In this document: positions 58,381 through 64,000 of the stretch, in pieces
Position numbering within the stretch: the first letter of the stretch is position 1
Layout of the letters: every line of letters begins with the position of its first letter
Assembly: GCF_009914755.1 (NCBI RefSeq)
Contig: NC_060933.1
DNA from: the human T2T-CHM13v2.0 reference genome, Homo sapiens
DNA length: 64,000 nucleotides
Reading direction: 5' to 3' (one strand)
Position numbers and translations under genes: made by a program
The notes under the pieces: generated by a model
Databases searched by the model: none
What the model was told of the DNA's origin: nothing
Seen by the model: the letters and a program-made list of their open reading frames with translations, nothing else

Positions 58381-58567
58381 TTTTACTTACTTACTTTATT
58401 TATTTATCGCGAAGGTTGTCATGCGCTGTCATCCAGGCTGCTGGCACGCAGTGGCGGCAGTGGCACCATGTTGGCTTACTGCAGCCTCAACCTCCAGGGC
58501 TCAAGCCCTCCTCCCACCTCAGCCTCCATATTAGCTGGGACTATAGGCATGCACCACCATACCTGGC

Positions 58568-58617
<50 letters not shown>

Positions 58618-58724
58618 CGTAGAGATGAGGTCTCACTATGTTACCTAAGCTAGGCTCAAACAGTCCTCCCACCTTGGCCTCCCAAAGTATTGGAATTGCA
58701 GGAGTCAGCCACTGCATCTGGCCC
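58381..58724 (-). mobile_element. AluJ with a (TG)n microsatellite (about 58574-58615) replacing the linker
   Basis: Antisense Alu halves flank about 21 TG units. Confidence 0.85.
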
Positions 58725-59970
58725 ACACTTGTTTTAGAAGCTATCTTACATATAGGAGACTGTTTTAGTGATGTAATCATCATAAATTAATTTGTTATAG
58801 GCAGAATTCAGTATTGCTTTTTAAATAGCTCATTTTCCCAAATAATATATACTTTTTGTCCTTTTTAAAAGCTTGTTGTTAATTAAATTAGCCTTCTATT
58901 GTTAAAAATTCAATTATCATGGTTATTTATTTAACACAGTCATGCTTTTTAGGTAGCATTAGATAGCACATATTATTCTACTATATGGTAAATTCTTTGA
59001 GGGCAAGCACCATGTCTAAGACATCTTTCTGTCTCCAAAAATGTCTTTTACATGAGAGAGATTCAGTAAATATTTATTGAAAATTAACTTGACACTATTA
59101 AATGGAAACTTTTTAAGGAAAGTTGCATTTACATTCTTAAATCACCATTAGTGGCAAATTCACCATTGATTTGTGGAATATTAAATTCTAGTTCATTGTA
59201 TGCTGAATCATACATACCTACCTTTTGGTGAAATATAATAATGAGTTTTACAATTTTAGATGTAACAAATTAGGATATCTGGAAAATGTAAGGCATCTAT
59301 GGCTTCCTTATAAGAAGGAGCTATATGGAAATTAGGCTGAGGAAATGATTCTTAGTCTCTGGCACCTGCGGTGTAGATAACCAACTGGATATGCTGAACT
59401 GAGCCCTCTGTCTCAATAATCTTTGGTGATCTTTGGAAATACATTTTACTAGCTACTACCTTCTGTCAGATTGTCCCTAAAGGTCATGATAACCAGCTCT
59501 GTAATTATCTGTAGCTACTCTCTTAGTAAAGGAATGACGATCTTCAGCTCTTCTAACACAGCCAAATGTAAGCAGACTAAGTATAACTAAAGCTTGGGGT
59601 GAACTAGCTTCTATCTTTCAGAAATCCAGCCCATATTCTTCCCCAGAACGTTTGAAATGTGAATGCAGTCTGATATCAGTAAATAGCTAAATTACCACTG
59701 CATCTCCAATAAAATACAAGTCGCCCTTTTTTGCCCTATGTTGGAAAGCACACACATAAAAAAGTGAACATTAGTGTAAGCATAATGGACAGGGTTGCTT
59801 TGAAGACTAAATGATGTTTAAAGCAATTTATAGCCCTGGATCACCATGCACATATAAAGATGTTTCTCATAACTACTATGCAGTAATTGTCTGTATGTGT
59901 AATAAAGATAGCAGAATAGTTCCACAAATGGGGGCAAAGTGTAAAAAAATAGACTGTAGGTTATGGGTCA

Positions 59971-60069
59971 CCCCCATGACCTAGTCACCTCTGACCAGGC
60001 CCAACCTCCAACATTGGGGATTACAATTCAACATGAGATTCGGCCAGGACATATATTCAAACTATATCA
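59971..60069 (-). mobile_element. MST (MaLR) LTR 5' fragment
   Basis: cctccaacattggggattacaattcaacatgagatt...caaactatatca. Confidence 0.75.
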
Positions 60070-60074
60070 ATATC

Positions 60075-60470
60075 ATCACCAGATGAATAGCTAAACAAAT
60101 TGTTATATCCATACAATGGAATACTGCTTGATTATAAAAAAATGAACAAATTGCTAATACCCAACAACAGGGATGAATCTTAAAAATATTCAGGAGGAAA
60201 TGAGACAGACACAAAATAGTACATAACGTATAATTCCATATATGTGAGGTCCTGGAAGGGGCAAAACAAATCTATCGTGAGAGAAGGCAAATCAGTGGTT
60301 GCCTCAGGTGGGGGATTGACTGCACATGTGCACAAAGTAACATTTTGGGATGATGGAAATGTTCTACATTTGATTTTTATAGTGATTACCCAGGTGTATA
60401 CATTTGCCAAATTGAATCCTACTGTATTTTTACATAGGTACATTTTATTACATGTAAGTTACACCTCATT
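60075..60470 (+). mobile_element. L1ME/MB 3' end
   Basis: atccatacaatggaatactgc...gatgaatcttaaaaatatt...ttttgggatgatggaaatgttctaca. Confidence 0.8.
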
Positions 60471-61541
60471 AGTTTCCTTTACGGCCCTGCCTTCTGTAAC
60501 TTTTTTCCTTCTCTCCCTAAAATTGAGGTATTATCCATTCTTCTGAATTTACCATAGCATTTGTTTGGCCTTCTCTTACTCTTTCTTTCTCCTTTCGTTT
60601 GTCACCTTGTCCTCTACTAAGGCTATAAGCTCTTTACATCTTTCTTTACCCTCTAGCACCTTGCTCATTTAATCTTCCAATAGATGTTTGTTAAACGGAG
60701 TTGATTTCATACAAAGAAAGAATTACCAGCTACTGCTTTGATCACGGCTCTGAAATTTGAACAGAATCACAATCCCAGTTATCAGCAAGAACAACCCTAT
60801 AAAAGCAGCTATGGGTTGATGACAGGCATTCTTAGGGCAGTCTTAATTTTACAATTCAGGGCAGTCCCATTTAACATTCTATGGCATTGGGTGGTGGACA
60901 CATGGAAGATGAGTGTTCCTGGGCCGTATGGAAAGTCCTCTTTAAGGCGAATTACCTTGTGCTAGTTGCAAAGGTCTGGAAGATTTAATTCAGGTAAATT
61001 ACACAACGTGACAATGTATATAATTCCAGTAATGAGAGAAAATTAGAATCAGAAATTCAGTACTAGAAGGTGCCACCATGGATGCCATTTATTCTAACCC
61101 ATTGTCATACAGACCCAGAGATCTTAAGTATCCTGCCCAACACCACACAGCAAATTAGCGGCACAGTTAACTCTAGAAGCCAGATTTCTATCAAGTACCA
61201 TACCCAGAATTTAACAAGTTGGAGAATTTGCTGTTTGTGGAAGTTCTGAGGAGTTGCCCTAGACAAAGCTTTCCTTGGGGTGAGATTTTGAGTTTAGACA
61301 CAATAGGTAAAGATCAAGGGCAGGAAGCTGCTGTCATTACTAGGTTCAAATCAAAACTGGAACCTTGGAGCCATGGCAGGGACAAGAATTGCCTTATGTG
61401 TTCCTGGTGATGTCTTTGCTTCATATACCACTTGAGAAATACTGACTTGATCTATTGTTGAAACTTAGTTTGTATACTTGTTGATGAATTTTCTATAGTA
61501 AGAATATGAATATGCTATAACTTTTTGAGGAGTTGTTAGTA

Positions 61542-61779
61542 CAGTTGACCCTTAAACAACACGGGTTCGAACTTCATAGGTCTGCCTATAAGCAGCTTTT
61601 TCTCAACCAAAAATGGATTGAAAATACAGTTTTCATAGGCTGTGAAACCCACGTATATAGAGGGCCAACTTTTTATATGTGCAGGTTCCACAGGGCTGAC
61701 GGGAACTTGAGTGTGCAAGGATTTGGTTCTACCAGGGTAGTCTTGGAACCAATCCCTCATATATACTGAGGGACAACTG
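61542..61779 (-). mobile_element. MER8 (Tigger2-family MITE)
   Basis: TA-flanked cagttgacccttaaacaacacggg ... ctgagggacaactg. Confidence 0.85.
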
Positions 61780-62834
61780 TACACAAGAATATTTTTGAAT
61801 CCCACAGGATTGTTAAAACAATCTGAATAGAGTCGATCTCCCTCCTTCAAACCTTCCTTTTTTACTGTTTTCTGTTTATGTGTAAATTTGGAGAGTGGTA
61901 ACAGTTGCCATTTTGCATTTCATTGGTTTTATATTTCATTTTTTAAGAACAATTTTAAGTCAGTCTTATAGTTAACATAATTTCAAGTGGTCATTTTGAA
62001 TTTTAATGATGAAAGACATTGAGATACAAAAAGCAGCTTTGAAAGTTGTAGCAAAGCATGCTTCATACATGGATCCTTTGAATGAAAGAATAATAGCATG
62101 GATGGTTGATGAAGGAATAGAAGCTGCTGCTATTTAATGTATTCTTCACTCTCAGTACATGGATACAGCCTCCAAATGTTACAAAGAAAATAATCATCAG
62201 CACAGCATCTCTGCATACCTGTGGATTGGTCTTTTTGTAAAGCAGCCTCATGGTTTTCTTAGAAAAGTTTTTTATTTAAAAATATATCTCTAGACACTTA
62301 CTCCTGGTAGGCCTGGGAAAATGTAGATTACTTCATGTCTCTTCAAAAGCCTTTCAAAGAAACAAGTCAAGCTTGATTTGTGTTTTTGAGATAGAGGAAA
62401 GTAGTAAGGTAGGAGGACAGAGGAAATCTTAGCTTTAAAGGGAGAAAAAGATCTTTCAGTCCTTTTGTCAACACTTTAGTTTCTGCATTAGTCATAGGTC
62501 CCTTCCCCCTTGGCCATGGGTGGACCAAAGGAATAGCAGCCATTTGCACGTTTGTGAAAGGACAGTGGAAAGAAAAGAAAATAGCTGATACAAGAAAATG
62601 TGGGAGATTATTTCCCCCACTAGGTTTTTACAGTTGTATTTTTAGATTAATCAGTGGTTTCTGGATATTTGGCCTCCTTTTTTTTCTTTTATTTTGCTGT
62701 TTTTGATGTTATAAAATACAGTGCTAAGAACCTAACCCTATTAGTGAGATATTATTCAGAGTCTAATTTTTTTATTGTTATAATGAAAGTCATGTAGAAT
62801 GCAAAGCTAGTGGACACAGTTAATACTCATATTT

Positions 62835-63540
<706 letters not shown>

Positions 63541-63594
63541 CACTGATTTTTTTTTGTTTTAATATTTGTATGTAGTCTGATGCTTTTCAATGTA

Positions 63595-63760
63595 TTTTCA
63601 CATACCTCATTTTATTCTCACAGGACTTTTTAGGCAGACAGGGAAAATACTATTATCCCATTTCACAGGTCAGAAAACTGAGACTCAGAGAGGTTAAGTA
63701 TTTGTCCAGGGCCACATAATTAATAACAGAGCCAAAATAGGAATTTCAGGTATTCAACAT
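63595..63760 (-). mobile_element. MIR
   Basis: tattatcccatttcacaggtcagaaaactgagactcagagaggttaagtatttgtccagggccaca. Confidence 0.85.
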
Positions 63761-63874
63761 TTCTCAGTGTACCTTTGGGGTCCAATTTGAGTACTCATAA
63801 ATTGTGTAATCTATTGTCAATCTATAAGTCCTTTAAAAGTGCCATGGTTAAGTAATAATTTATTTGTTTTGTAG

Positions 63875-63918
63875 GAGAAGATGGTATAAACTGGTCCATC
63901 AGTGACAAAGACATTGAG
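63875..63918 (+). CDS. ZCCHC7: ZCCHC7 internal coding exon (probably exon 3, 44 nt)
   Basis: Acceptor tttgttttgtAG and donor GAG|GTaaaa. Reads xGA GAA GAT GGT ATA AAC TGG TCC ATC AGT GAC AAA GAC ATT GAG = (G)EDGINWSISDKDIE, matching the ZCCHC7 segment ...VTEGEDGINWSISDKDIEAQIANN... as I recall it. Confidence 0.93.
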
Positions 63919-64000
63919 GTAAAATCAAATTGTTTTTAAAATTCAGAATAATAATTTCCTTTGCTTCATAGTTTATTATGATAACTTTTGGAACATTAAT

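Overview
Primate (human-like), AT-rich genomic DNA that is almost entirely one large intron. The only coding sequence I can support is a 44-nt AG/GT-bounded exon at 63875-63918 (+), encoding (G)EDGINWSISDKDIE. I recognise this peptide from memory as part of ZCCHC7, the Air1/2-like zinc-knuckle TRAMP subunit next to PAX5 at 9p13.2, so 1-63874 is most likely the 3' part of its long intron 2. The window has about 30 Alu/FLAM copies, old L1M, L2 and MIR fragments, MaLR and ERV1 LTR pieces, and several DNA transposon fossils (Tigger/MER2/MER8/MER44, Charlie, a MER45-type hAT, a Looper-like piggyBac, MADE1). Multi-kb repeat-poor blocks look like conserved non-coding elements. The supplied ORFs are Alu-derived, other repeat-derived or chance. 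I see no new protein-coding system. The most unusual signal is a set of template-switch or fold-back scars, densest at about 40.8-50.1 kb. It includes two complex templated insertions copied from nearby DNA with hairpin junctions, a 48-bp perfect palindrome and a tandem duplication; a fold-back micro-inversion lies further upstream at 7.35 kb. Repeat subfamily calls and boundaries were made by eye and are approximate.
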